46,967 nucleotides of DNA from Gaiellaceae bacterium (GTDB lineage: Bacteria; Actinomycetota; Thermoleophilia; Gaiellales; Gaiellaceae), in the NCBI GenBank assembly GCA_041487575.1, contig JBGPNP010000001.1, positions 1 to 46,967 on the forward strand, in the 5' to 3' direction. A program made the translations under genes and the position numbers. Below, piece after piece: positions 9,567 to 19,402 of the stretch. Under the pieces are notes generated by a model. That model was not told the DNA's origin and searched no databases. It saw nothing but the letters and a program-made list of their open reading frames with translations. The first letter of the stretch is position 1, and each line of letters starts with the position of its first letter.

Positions 9567-10448
9567 GTGAGACTCTCGCGGGGGGCGCCGTGGCTCTATG
9601 CGGCTCCGATGCTGGCGCTGATCGGAGCCGTCTTCGCCTACCCGGTCGTCACGCTCGTCAAGTACAGCCTCGAGAACGTCTCGACGTCGCCCTACGTCCC
9701 CACGACGTACGCCGGGCTCTCGAACTTCCGCTACATCTTCTCGGACTCCCTCTTCCGGACCGCGCTCGGGAACAACATCAAGCTCTTCCTCTGCGTCCCG
9801 ATCCTCGCCGTCCTCGCCGTCCTCGTCTCGGCGATCCTCTTCGACCGGCCGCGCGGCTGGCGGGCGTACCGGACGGTGCTCTTCGTCCCCTACATCCTCT
9901 CGATCCCGGTCGTCGGGGTCGTGTTCGGGACGCTCTTCCAGCTGAACGGCACCGCCAACACGATCCTGCGGCACGCAGGTCTCGGCGCCCTCGCCCAGGA
10001 CTGGCTCGGCTCGACCGCGTGGGCGCTGCCGACGATCATGTTCGTGATCGTCTGGAAGGAGCTCGGCTTCGGCATCATCCTCTGCCTCGCCCGACTGGCG
10101 AGCGTGGACGAGCAGCTCTTCGAGGCGGCGAAGGTGGACGGCGCCGGCTGGTGGCGCCTGCTCCGGCACGTGACCGTCCCGCAGCTCCTGCCCGCGCTCG
10201 CCTTCTACGTCGTCGTCGAGCTGATCACGATGCTCTCGTGGGTCTTCGCCTACGTCTACGTGATGACGCTCGGCGGCCCGCAGAACTCGACCGTCGTCAG
10301 CGAGTACTACATCTACCAGGCGTTCTTCCAGAACAGCGTGGCCGGGGTGGGCGCCGCCGCGGGCGTCACGCTGCTCGGAGTCGTCAGCCTGTTCATCCTT
10401 CTGCGCGTCTGGATGGGACGGAGGGCCGCGCTCGTTGCGTACGACTGA
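9567..10448 (+). CDS. carbohydrate ABC transporter permease
   Basis: EAA loop EAAKVDGAGWWRLLRHVTVPQL. GTG start. Confidence 0.88.
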   Translation: MRLSRGAPWLYAAPMLALIGAVFAYPVVTLVKYSLENVSTSPYVPTTYAGLSNFRYIFSDSLFRTALGNNIKLFLCVPILAVLAVLVSAILFDRPRGWRAYRTVLFVPYILSIPVVGVVFGTLFQLNGTANTILRHAGLGALAQDWLGSTAWALPTIMFVIVWKELGFGIILCLARLASVDEQLFEAAKVDGAGWWRLLRHVTVPQLLPALAFYVVVELITMLSWVFAYVYVMTLGGPQNSTVVSEYYIYQAFFQNSVAGVGAAAGVTLLGVVSLFILLRVWMGRRAALVAYD

Positions 10449-11304
10449 CTCTGCGGCTGTGCTGCCGGCCCAGCGCCGGCCACGGCTCAGCACCGGCTCG
10501 CTCGCCAGGCATGCCGTGCTGCTCGGCTTCACCGCGCTCGCGCTCTTCCCGATCTACTTCATGGTCGTCAACTCGCTGAAGACGGACGACGAGTACGTGG
10601 GCAACTCGATCGGGCTGCCGCGATCGCCGGTCGTCTCGACGCTCAGGGACGCGCTCGCGGGCGGTGACCTCTACCGGTGGCTCGGGAACTCGCTCCTGAT
10701 CACGGCGGCCTCGGTCCTGATCTCGACCGCGGTCGCGGCGCTCGCGGCCTTCCCGATCAGCCTCATGCGCTGGCGCCCGGGGCCCTTCGTCCTGAGCTTC
10801 CTCGTCGGGCTCATGGTCGTGCCGCCGATCGTCCTCATCATCCCGCTCTTCCAGATGGTGGTGAACGTCCACCAGCTCAGCACGTACCAGAGCGTCATCG
10901 TGATCTACACCGGCGTCATGCTGCCGTTCTCGACCTTCCTCCTCGCGAGCTTCTTCGCGACCATCCCCCGCACGCTCATCGAAGCCGCCCGGATCGACGG
11001 GGCCGGCACGCTGCGCGTCTTCCGCTCGATCGTGCTCCCGCTCTCGCGCCCCACGCTCATGACGGTCGTGGTCGTCCAGGCGCTCTGGGTGTGGAACGAG
11101 GTGCTGATCGCCCTCGTCTTCCTCCAGGAGGGCAGCCGGCGCACGCTCATGGTGGGGCTGACCGTGTTCAAGTCGCGCTACCACCTCGACATCCCGCTCG
11201 TCATGGCAGGGATGCTGTGGGCGACGATTCCGATGCTGCTCCTCTACCTCGTCGGCCAGCGGTTCCTGATCCGGGGCCTGACCGCGGGCGCGACGAAGGG
11301 CTGA
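10435..11304 (+). CDS. carbohydrate ABC transporter permease
   Basis: EAA loop EAARIDGAGTLRVFRSIVLPLS. Start uncertain (TTG at 10435 or a downstream GTG). Confidence 0.88.
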   Translation: MRTTDSAAVLPAQRRPRLSTGSLARHAVLLGFTALALFPIYFMVVNSLKTDDEYVGNSIGLPRSPVVSTLRDALAGGDLYRWLGNSLLITAASVLISTAVAALAAFPISLMRWRPGPFVLSFLVGLMVVPPIVLIIPLFQMVVNVHQLSTYQSVIVIYTGVMLPFSTFLLASFFATIPRTLIEAARIDGAGTLRVFRSIVLPLSRPTLMTVVVVQALWVWNEVLIALVFLQEGSRRTLMVGLTVFKSRYHLDIPLVMAGMLWATIPMLLLYLVGQRFLIRGLTAGATKG

Positions 11305-11323
11305 TACGGACAAGGAGGTTTGA

Positions 11324-12472
11324 ATGACGTCCTCGGCACAGCTCACGATCGACCCTCGCGTCGCTCTCGCGCTCCCCGCGCACCGCCTGGAGCGCCTGCG
11401 CTCCTGGATGGAGGAGGAGCGGCTCGACGCCGTCGCCGTCTTCGGCGCGGACCACGTCACCCACTTGAGCGGCTACGCGCGCTACTACGGCGGGCCCTCC
11501 GGCCTCGTGATCGGCCGCGACGGCGAGCGGACGCTCGTCGTCATGCGGGACGAGGTGAAGGTCGCGCAACGGCTTGCGGACGCGGAGACGGTTGTCGGCT
11601 TCGGCGTGCGCGGCTTCGGCTTCGAGCTGAATCCGCTGCCGCTCCTCGCCGACGCGATCGCCGCGATCCCGGCGGTGTCGACGGCGTCGCGGCTCGGCCT
11701 CGCCGACGCGCTCGGCGGGATGGGATCGCTCCTCGAGAAGCGGATACGCGCCGAGCCGGTCTCGGCCGAGAGTGCGATTTGGCGGCTGCGCCTGCAGAAG
11801 GACGAGGACGAGCTGGGCAAGATCCTCCACGCCTACGAGCTCTGCTGGCTCGGCCAGCAGGCGATCGGGGAGGCGGCGCAGTCGGGGCAGGCGAAGGAAA
11901 TCGAGCTCTTCACGACAGCGCTCGCAGCCGCCCAGACGACCCACGGCGAGCCGATCGAGTTCTACTCCGACCTTCTCTCCGGCCCAAACACGGCCGAGGT
12001 CTGCGGCCCGATCCAGGTGCCGAGCCCGCGCGTCGCGCGGGCGGGCGAGCCCGTCATCGCCGACGTCGTCGTGCGCGCGAACGGCTACTTCGGCGATACC
12101 GCCGAGACGCACGTCGTGGGCTCGAACACCGAGGTCTCGGCCACGCGGTCGACGCTCCTGGAGATCCTCGCCCAAGCGGGCTCGGAGCTCCGGCCGGGGA
12201 CGAGCGGAGCGCAGGTCTTCCGGGCGATGGAGGCACGGATCCTCGACGCGTTTCCGGGCGGGGAGTTCCCGCACCACGGCGGGCACGCGCTGGGCCTCAC
12301 GTCGTTCGAAGACCCGCACCTGATCCCGAGCGACGAGCGGAGCCTCGAGCCTGGCATGGTCCTCGCCGTCGAGCCGGGCGTCTACTTCCCCGGCCAGTGG
12401 GGCGCGCGGGTCGAGAGCGTCTTCGTCGTCACGGCCGAGGGCGGCGTCGAGCTCAGAAAGGCGCTGTCGTAA
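11324..12472 (+). CDS. M24 family metallopeptidase (Xaa-Pro aminopeptidase/creatinase-like)
   Basis: Creatinase-type N-domain plus pita-bread fold. Candidate metal ligands at ADVVV..GDTAETH, HHGGHALG, AVEPGVY and RVESVF. Confidence 0.85.
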   Translation: MTSSAQLTIDPRVALALPAHRLERLRSWMEEERLDAVAVFGADHVTHLSGYARYYGGPSGLVIGRDGERTLVVMRDEVKVAQRLADAETVVGFGVRGFGFELNPLPLLADAIAAIPAVSTASRLGLADALGGMGSLLEKRIRAEPVSAESAIWRLRLQKDEDELGKILHAYELCWLGQQAIGEAAQSGQAKEIELFTTALAAAQTTHGEPIEFYSDLLSGPNTAEVCGPIQVPSPRVARAGEPVIADVVVRANGYFGDTAETHVVGSNTEVSATRSTLLEILAQAGSELRPGTSGAQVFRAMEARILDAFPGGEFPHHGGHALGLTSFEDPHLIPSDERSLEPGMVLAVEPGVYFPGQWGARVESVFVVTAEGGVELRKALS

Positions 12473-13821
12473 TGCCGACGACCCTCGACTGCGAGCTGCT
12501 CCGCGACCTCTTCGGCAGCGCCGAGGTGCGGGAGGCGTTCGACTCGCGTGCGTTGCTCCAGGGCTGGCTCGACGCCGAGCGAGCGCTCGCCGAAGCCGAG
12601 GCCGAGGTCGGGGTCGTCCCGCGTGCGTCGGCGGAGCGGATCGCGCAGGAGTGCGACGCCTCTCTCTACGAGATGGCGACGCTGCGGGAGGGGATCGCGG
12701 AGACGCAGCATCCGCTCGTGCCGCTCGTACGAGCCCTCTCCGAGCGCTGCGGGGAGGCCGGTGCGTGGGTGCACTGGGGCGCGACGACCCAGGACGTCAC
12801 CGACACCGGCGCGGTCCTCCAGGTGCGGCGGGCGCTCGGGCCGATCAAGCGCGACCTCGGCCGGGCGCGGCGGGCCGCGGCGCGGCTCGCGGCCCGCTAC
12901 CGCGACACGCCGATGGCAGGCCGGAGCCACGGCCAGCACGCCGTCCCGATCACCTTCGGGCTCAAAGCGGCCTCCTGGGCCGACGAGCTCGGCCGCTGCG
13001 AGGAGCGGCTCCGGGCGGCAGCCGAGGCGGCGCTCACCGGCCAGCTCGCAGGGGCGGCCGGGACGCTCGCCTCGCTCGGCGAGGACGCCGCCGCCGTCCG
13101 CGCCTCCTTCTGCCGCACCCTCGGGCTCGCCGAGGGGAAAGTGGGCTGGCACGCGGCGCGCGACCGCTTCCGCGACCTCCTGCACGCTCTCGACGAGATT
13201 GCGTCGGCGGCCGAGCGGATCGCGGCCGAGGTCGTCCGCCTGCAGACGACCGAGATCGGAGAGGCGGCCGAGCCGCTCGCGGCCGGCCATGTCGGCTCCT
13301 CGACCATGCCCCAGAAGCGGAACCCGATGATCTGCGAGTACGTCGTCGCGAGCGCACGGCTCCTGCGCGCGTCCACCTCGGCGCTCCGCGGGACCGCCGC
13401 GCACGCGAACGAGCGCGACATGTCGATCTGGGCGATCGAGTGGATCGCGATCCCGCAGGCGCTCATCCTCGCGGGCGGGATCCTCGAGAAGCTTGCGCAC
13501 GTCCTCGAGGGGCTCCACGTCGACCCGGAGCGGATGCGCGCGAACCTCGGGCTGACCCGGGGCCAGATCATGGCGGAGGCGGCGATGATGGCGCTGGGGC
13601 GTGCGATCGGGCATGAGCGGGCCCACGAGCTCGTCACGGGGGCAACGCGGCGGGCGACCGCCGAGGGGCGCGACCTCACCGACATCCTCGCCGAGGACCC
13701 GGAGGTCTCGCGCCACCTGCCGCCGGCCGACATCGCGCGGCTGCTCGACCCCACCGCCTACCTCGGCCTGGCAGCCGCAGACGTGGACGCCGTCACGCGA
13801 GAGACTGGAGAGACCCGATGA
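12472..13821 (+). CDS. fumarate-lyase superfamily enzyme (adenylosuccinate lyase / 3-carboxy-cis,cis-muconate cycloisomerase-like)
   Basis: Signature GSSTMPQKRNP. The ATG overlaps the upstream TAA (TAATG). Internal start of track ORF 11320..13821. Confidence 0.85.
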   Translation: MPTTLDCELLRDLFGSAEVREAFDSRALLQGWLDAERALAEAEAEVGVVPRASAERIAQECDASLYEMATLREGIAETQHPLVPLVRALSERCGEAGAWVHWGATTQDVTDTGAVLQVRRALGPIKRDLGRARRAAARLAARYRDTPMAGRSHGQHAVPITFGLKAASWADELGRCEERLRAAAEAALTGQLAGAAGTLASLGEDAAAVRASFCRTLGLAEGKVGWHAARDRFRDLLHALDEIASAAERIAAEVVRLQTTEIGEAAEPLAAGHVGSSTMPQKRNPMICEYVVASARLLRASTSALRGTAAHANERDMSIWAIEWIAIPQALILAGGILEKLAHVLEGLHVDPERMRANLGLTRGQIMAEAAMMALGRAIGHERAHELVTGATRRATAEGRDLTDILAEDPEVSRHLPPADIARLLDPTAYLGLAAADVDAVTRETGETR

Positions 13822-14936
13822 GGATCACCGACGTCGAGCCGATCGTCCTGCGCCGCGACCGCGTCGACACCGGCCGCGCCGACGGGACGCAGGACGCCTT
13901 CCTCGTCCACATCCACACGGACGAGGGTCTCAGCGGCATCGGCGAAGCGGACACCTCTCCCTACCTCGCCCGGACGATGATCGAGATGCCGTCGTCGCAC
14001 TCGATCGCGCGCGGCCTACGCGAGCTTCTTGTCGGCGAGAACCCGCTCGAGATCGACCGGCTGTGGCAGCTCATGTTCATGGGCACCTACCACTACGGAC
14101 GGGCCGGCGCCGCGCTCCACGTCATGAGCGCGATCGACATGGCTCTCTGGGACCTGGCCGGGAAAGCGGCCGGACGGCCGGTCTGCGAGCTCCTCGGCGG
14201 CGCACGCCTGACCGAGGTGCCGGTCTACGCGAGCGAGGTCATGCCCGAGACGGCGGACGAGGTGCGCCGGATCGCCGAGCGCGCGGTCGCCGACGGCTAC
14301 GGGGCGCTCAAGCTCGGCTGGGGCCCGCTCGGGCGCGACCTCGACCACGACGAAGCCCTGGCGCGCGCGGCGCGGGAGGTGATCGGGCCGGAGCGCGACC
14401 TCATGCTCGACGGCGGGATGGCCTACACGGTCAAGCGGGCCGCCGAGCTCGTGCGGCGCCTCGAGGACGTCGGCCTCTACTGGCTCGAGGAGCCGCTCGC
14501 CGCGGACGACTACGACGGCTACCGGCGGCTCTCCGACTCCGTGTCCGTCCGGGTCGCGGCAGGGGAGGCCGACGCCGGCATCAAGCCGTACCGCGCTCTC
14601 GTCCGGCGCGGCCACCTGGACGTGCTCCAGCCGGACATGGCCCGCTGCGGCGGCTTCACGGTCGCGCGGCAGATCGCCGACCTCCAGCGGGAAACCGGCG
14701 TCGAGGTCGTCCCGCACTGCTTCTCGACGGGCGTCCTCGTCGCGGCGTCGCTCCACTTCGTCGCAACGCTCGACCGGCCGACGTACTCGGAGTTCTCGGT
14801 CGCCGACTCCCCGCTCGTGAACGGCCTCTTGGCGGAGCCCTTCCGGCTGCGCGACGGCAAGCTGGCGGTGCCGACGGGCCCGGGCCTCGGGATCGAGCTC
14901 GACTGGGACGTGATCGAGCGACTGCGCGTCCGCTGA
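13818..14936 (+). CDS. enolase-superfamily enzyme (mandelate racemase/muconate lactonizing family)
   Basis: 372 aa with AIDMALWDLAGK and a typical barrel domain. 4-nt overlap with the upstream gene. Confidence 0.85.
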   Translation: MRITDVEPIVLRRDRVDTGRADGTQDAFLVHIHTDEGLSGIGEADTSPYLARTMIEMPSSHSIARGLRELLVGENPLEIDRLWQLMFMGTYHYGRAGAALHVMSAIDMALWDLAGKAAGRPVCELLGGARLTEVPVYASEVMPETADEVRRIAERAVADGYGALKLGWGPLGRDLDHDEALARAAREVIGPERDLMLDGGMAYTVKRAAELVRRLEDVGLYWLEEPLAADDYDGYRRLSDSVSVRVAAGEADAGIKPYRALVRRGHLDVLQPDMARCGGFTVARQIADLQRETGVEVVPHCFSTGVLVAASLHFVATLDRPTYSEFSVADSPLVNGLLAEPFRLRDGKLAVPTGPGLGIELDWDVIERLRVR

Positions 14937-14940
14937 TCCG

Positions 14941-16110
14941 TCAGCGGATCGCGAGCCCGCTCGCGAGGTCGAAGAAGTGCGCCTTCGCCGGGTCGACGCG
15001 GAGCTCGATGGCCTCGCCGGGGTTGACGCGGAAGCTCGTGTCGTAGCGGCCCACGAAGACGGTCCGCCGCTCGCGGGCTTCGCTCGCGAGCTCCTCCGCC
15101 ATCGAGGCGTCCGTGTCCACCGCGACCTCGAGCACCTCCTCGGTCACGACCGGCTCGGCCGCCACCTCGGCGTGGACGAGGCGCTCCGAGCCGAGCGCCT
15201 CGGTGAGGACAACGCGCGCGTGGAGGACGCCGTCGCCCTTGCCGACGTGCTCGGGCCGGACGCCGAGCCCGACGGCGCGCCCCTCGTAGGCCGCGAGCGC
15301 CTGGGGCGCCGAGGGCAGCCGCATGTCGTCCACGCCGACCCTGGCGACCAGCGAGCCGTTCCGGCCCTCGATCCGCGCCTGGACGAGGGTCAGCGCCGGC
15401 GAGCCGATGAAGCTCGCGACGAAGAGGTTCCGCGGCTCGTCGTAGAGCAGCTGCGGATCACCGACCTGCTGGAGCTCGCCCTTGCGCAGCACGGCAACGC
15501 GGTCGCCCATCGTCATCGCCTCGATCTGGTCGTGCGTGACGTAGATCGTCGTCGCAGCGAGCTCGTGCTGGATGCGGGAGATCTCCGCGCGCATCTGCAC
15601 GCGCAGGCGCGCGTCGAGGTTCGAGAGCGGCTCGTCCATGAGGAAGACGGCCGGGTCGCGGACGATCGCGCGCCCCATGGCGACGCGCTGGCGCTGGCCG
15701 CCGGAGAGCTGGCGCGGCTTGCGCTTCAGGAGCTCGGCGAGGCCGAGAACGCGGGCGATCTCGGTCACGCGCTTCTCAATCTCCCGCTTCGGCACCTTCC
15801 GCATCTTCAGGCCGAACGAGATGTTGTCCCAGACCGACATGTGCGGGTAGAGGGCGTAGTTCTGGAAGACCATGGCGACGTCGCGCTCGCGCGGCTCCAG
15901 GTCGTTGACGACCCGCTCGCCGATCTGGATCTGGCCCTCGGTGATCTCCTCGAGCCCGGCGACCATGCGGAGCGCCGTCGTCTTCCCGCAGCCGGAGGGC
16001 CCAACGAAGACGACGAACTCCCCGTCGGAGACGTCGAGCGTGAAGTCCTCGAGCGCCCGCGTCCCGTCCGGGTAGACCTTGCCGACATCGCTGAACGTCA
16101 CCTGGGCCAT
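14941..16110 (-). CDS. sugar ABC transporter ATP-binding protein (MalK/MsiK/UgpC-like)
   Basis: Walker A GPSGCGKTT, signature LSGGQRQR, Walker B FLMDEP, and a C-terminal TOBE-like domain. Confidence 0.92.
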   Translation of the reverse strand: MAQVTFSDVGKVYPDGTRALEDFTLDVSDGEFVVFVGPSGCGKTTALRMVAGLEEITEGQIQIGERVVNDLEPRERDVAMVFQNYALYPHMSVWDNISFGLKMRKVPKREIEKRVTEIARVLGLAELLKRKPRQLSGGQRQRVAMGRAIVRDPAVFLMDEPLSNLDARLRVQMRAEISRIQHELAATTIYVTHDQIEAMTMGDRVAVLRKGELQQVGDPQLLYDEPRNLFVASFIGSPALTLVQARIEGRNGSLVARVGVDDMRLPSAPQALAAYEGRAVGLGVRPEHVGKGDGVLHARVVLTEALGSERLVHAEVAAEPVVTEEVLEVAVDTDASMAEELASEARERRTVFVGRYDTSFRVNPGEAIELRVDPAKAHFFDLASGLAIR

Positions 16111-16217
16111 TCGTCCCCTTCCAGCCCTGGAGCATAACGCCCTCCGAACGGGAGGAACGATCGTTTGCTTCCCGCCGGCCGCTTCTGCCGTTACCGTTCT
16201 AGCGGCCCCGCCCAGCG

Positions 16218-16673
16218 ATGCCCAGCCTGCACCACACCGGTCTCACCGTCCGCGACCTCGACGCCTCGCTCCGCTTCTACCGCGACCTTCTCGGGATGGA
16301 GGTGCTCTTCGAGGCGGAACGCGAGGGCGGGTACTTCGGCGCGATCGTCGGGTACCCGGACGCGCGCGTGCGCATGGCGCACGTCGTCTTCCCGGGCTCG
16401 GAGCACCGGCTCGAGATCTTCGAGTACATCCGGCCCGAGCCGCGCGGCGATCCCGGCGAGCCGCGAGACGTCGGCATCACGCACGTCTGCCTCGCCGTCG
16501 AGGACATGGAGGCGCTCCACGCCCGTCTCGCCGCGGCCGGCGTCGACTTCTACTCGGAGCCGGTGCTCGTCGACCAGGGGGTGAGCGCGGGCGGCTGGGG
16601 CGTTTACCTTCGCGACCCGGACGGGATCACGGTGGAGCTCTTCCAGCCCCCGCAGCATCCCGGCGGCAGCTGA
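16218..16673 (+). CDS. VOC/glyoxalase family protein
   Basis: HHTGLTVRDLDASLRFYRDLLGM N-terminus typical of the glyoxalase fold. Confidence 0.8.
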   Translation: MPSLHHTGLTVRDLDASLRFYRDLLGMEVLFEAEREGGYFGAIVGYPDARVRMAHVVFPGSEHRLEIFEYIRPEPRGDPGEPRDVGITHVCLAVEDMEALHARLAAAGVDFYSEPVLVDQGVSAGGWGVYLRDPDGITVELFQPPQHPGGS

Positions 16674-16676
16674 GGT

Positions 16677-17918
16677 TTGGACCGCCCGCCCGCCCGCTCG
16701 GCCGAGGAGCTCCGCGAGCGGCGCAAGTCGAGGCGCCGTGCAACCCGGCGGAGGCGGCTCGGGGGGGTCGCGCTCGCGCTCGCCATCGGCGGGGGCGGGG
16801 CCGCCGCCGCGACCCTGGCGGGCGGCGGGCACCAGGATCGAGCGGTCACGGGCGTCCTCGGAAGCACAGCGGTGCAGACGGTCGCGATCACCTCTGCGCC
16901 GCCGCCACCTCCGCGTCCCCGGCAGGCCCCCGAGCGCAAACCGCCCAGGAAGCTTCTTGCCGAGGTGACGATCGCCGCCACCGGGGACGTTGCCCTCGGC
17001 CGTACCGGGGCGGTTCCGCCCGCCGGGGGCGCGTCCGTCCTCGCACGCGTCCGGCGCCCGCTCGACGCCGACGTCGTGGTCGGGAACCTCGAGACCACCC
17101 TCGCGACCGGCGGCGCCTCGCAGTGCGGGCCGAAGAGCAAGGACTGCTACGCCTTCCGAGCGCCGCCCTCGTACGCGCCGGCACTCGCCCGCGCCGGCTT
17201 CACCGTGCTCAACCTGGCGAACAACCACACCTTCGACTATGGAAGGCAGGGCGCCGTCGAGACCCTGGCGGCTCTGAAGGCGGCGCACCTCCGCCACACC
17301 GGCCGGCCCGGGGAGATCACCGTTGTCCGCGTCGGGCGCACGCGCATCGCCCTCCTCGGCTTCGCTCCGTACGCGTGGGCGCAGAGCCTGCTCGACCTTC
17401 CGGCCGCACGCCGCCTCGTGCGCCGCGCGGCGAGGCGCGGCGACCTCGTCGTCGTGGTCATCCACGCCGGCGCTGAGGGAGTCCGCTACGCCCATGTCCG
17501 CCCGGGACCCGAGTACTACCTCGGCGAGCGGCGAGGCGACCCGGTCGCGTTTGCCCACGCCGTCGTCCAGGCCGGGGCCGACCTCGTCGTCGGCAGCGGG
17601 CCCCACGTCCTGCGCGGCATGGAGTGGTACCGCGGCCGTCTGATCGCCTACAGCCTCGGCAACTTCGCCGGCTACCGGAACTTCGACGTGACCGGGGCCG
17701 GCGGCGTCAGCGCGATTCTCCGCGTGACGCTGCGCGCCGACGGGTCGTGGATCGAGGGCTCGCTCGTCCCCGTCCGCCTCTCGGCGACGGGCACTCCCGT
17801 GAGAGACCCGCGCCGAGCCGCCCTGGCCACGGTCCGTGCGCTCTCGCGCGAGGACTTCGGCCGCAGGGCCGTCCGGGTCTCCCCGGACGGCGACCTGCGG
17901 CCTCCACGTCCGCGCTAG
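16677..17918 (+). CDS. CapA family protein (PGA_cap metallophosphatase-like), membrane-anchored
   Basis: GDVALG, NLETTL, NLANNHTFDYG and HAGAEG motifs. N-terminal basic region plus a TM segment. Confidence 0.8.
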   Translation: MDRPPARSAEELRERRKSRRRATRRRRLGGVALALAIGGGGAAAATLAGGGHQDRAVTGVLGSTAVQTVAITSAPPPPPRPRQAPERKPPRKLLAEVTIAATGDVALGRTGAVPPAGGASVLARVRRPLDADVVVGNLETTLATGGASQCGPKSKDCYAFRAPPSYAPALARAGFTVLNLANNHTFDYGRQGAVETLAALKAAHLRHTGRPGEITVVRVGRTRIALLGFAPYAWAQSLLDLPAARRLVRRAARRGDLVVVVIHAGAEGVRYAHVRPGPEYYLGERRGDPVAFAHAVVQAGADLVVGSGPHVLRGMEWYRGRLIAYSLGNFAGYRNFDVTGAGGVSAILRVTLRADGSWIEGSLVPVRLSATGTPVRDPRRAALATVRALSREDFGRRAVRVSPDGDLRPPRPR

Positions 17919-19342
17919 GCCGCAGGCTCCGCTTCGGCCCCCACGGCAACGGCCGGCCCCACCGACGCCTGCGCGCGCCTGGCCCGCGGGATGAGCAGCG
18001 CCACGAGCGCGCCGAGGGCGACCACGACCGCGCCGACGAAGACCGCTGGCTGGAGCCCGGCCACGTAGGCGTCACCCGTCTGGTAGCTCCCGTAGCCGGC
18101 GAAGACGGCCGCGAGCACCGCGACGCCGAACACGCCCCCCAGCTCGCGGATCGCGTTGTTGGCGCCGGAAGCCTGGCCTTCCTCCTCCGGGCGAACGGCG
18201 GAGAGGACGACGTTCGCGACCGGGGCGAAGAAGAGCGCCATGCCGATCCCGGCGATCACGAACGGCGGCACGAGGCGGCCGTAGGCGACACCGGGGTCGG
18301 AGATCGCCGCGAGCCAGCCGAGCGCGACCGCCTGCATCGCGAGCCCCGTCGCCATCAGCGGCCGTCCCCCGATCCGGTCGGAGAGCGCGCCCGCGATCGG
18401 GGCGACGAAGACTGGCATCCCCGTCCACGGCAGCGTCCGCAGGCCCGCGTCGAGCGGCGAGTAGCCCTGCACGGTCTGGAGGAACTGCGAGAGGAGGAAG
18501 ATCGAGCCGAACATGCCGAAGAACATGAGCAGCGAGACGACGTTCGTGGCGGCGAAGGTCCGGTTCCGGAAGAACCGCATCGGGAGCATCGGTGCCGGGG
18601 CCCGCACCTCCCAGCGGACGAATGCGGCCACGAGCGCGAGGCCGGCGGTCAGCGCTAGGAGGACCTCCAGGCTCGACCAGCCCTGGCCGTTCCCCCGCAC
18701 GACGCCCCAGACGATCCCGAAGAGACCGGCGCTCGCGAGCCCGAGGCCCGGCAGGTCGAGCCGGCCGTAGGGCCCGTGGCTCTCGCGCAGGCCGCGCAGC
18801 GCGAAGGGGAGCAGCGCGAGCCCGATGGGGACGTTGAGCCAGAAGATCCACTGCCACGAGATGCCCTCGACGACGGCGCCGCCGACGAGCGGGCCGATCG
18901 CCACGGCGAGCCCGCCGATACCGCCCCAGGCGCCGAGCGCGAGGCCGCGCTTCTCCGCGGGCACGGCAGCGGAGAGGAGCGTCAGGGTGAGCGGCGTGAC
19001 CATCGCCCCGCCGACGCCCTGTACCGCTCGGGCGGCGACGAGCCACTCGATCGACGGCGCGAGGGCGGCGGCGGCTGAGGCGAGGGTGAAGATGGCGAGG
19101 CCAAGCGCGAACATCCGCTTCCGCCCGAAGCGGTCGCCGAGCGCGGCGCCGGTGAGAAGGAGGACGGCGAACGTGAGCGTGTAGCCGTTCACGGTCCACT
19201 CGAGGCTTTCGAGGGAGGCGCCGAGATCCTTGCGGATGACGGGCAGCGCCATCGTCACGACGAGGTTGTCGAGCGTGACCATGAAGAGCGCGATCGAGGT
19301 GATGACGAACGTCCAGAGCGTCGTCCTGGGGCTGGTGCTCAT
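17915..19342 (-). CDS. MFS transporter, DHA2 (EmrB/QacA, 14-TMS) type
   Basis: 475 aa with LGDRFGRKR motif A and a 14-helix profile. Confidence 0.88.
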   Translation of the reverse strand: MSTSPRTTLWTFVITSIALFMVTLDNLVVTMALPVIRKDLGASLESLEWTVNGYTLTFAVLLLTGAALGDRFGRKRMFALGLAIFTLASAAAALAPSIEWLVAARAVQGVGGAMVTPLTLTLLSAAVPAEKRGLALGAWGGIGGLAVAIGPLVGGAVVEGISWQWIFWLNVPIGLALLPFALRGLRESHGPYGRLDLPGLGLASAGLFGIVWGVVRGNGQGWSSLEVLLALTAGLALVAAFVRWEVRAPAPMLPMRFFRNRTFAATNVVSLLMFFGMFGSIFLLSQFLQTVQGYSPLDAGLRTLPWTGMPVFVAPIAGALSDRIGGRPLMATGLAMQAVALGWLAAISDPGVAYGRLVPPFVIAGIGMALFFAPVANVVLSAVRPEEEGQASGANNAIRELGGVFGVAVLAAVFAGYGSYQTGDAYVAGLQPAVFVGAVVVALGALVALLIPRARRAQASVGPAVAVGAEAEPAA

Positions 19343-19402
19343 CTACCTTCCTGCTCCTTCGTTAGCGAGTGCTCACTTACTAGACTGCGAAAAAAAGAGA
19401 GG

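Noticed and set aside
19343-19402. Short inverted repeat AGTG-CT-CACT between the TetR and MFS genes, and the A/T-rich GTTATTGACTAATTAC upstream of the TetR gene (20020..20040), as TetR operators
   Set aside because: The arms are only 4-6 bp and imperfect. They are plausible but not distinguishable from chance without comparative data.
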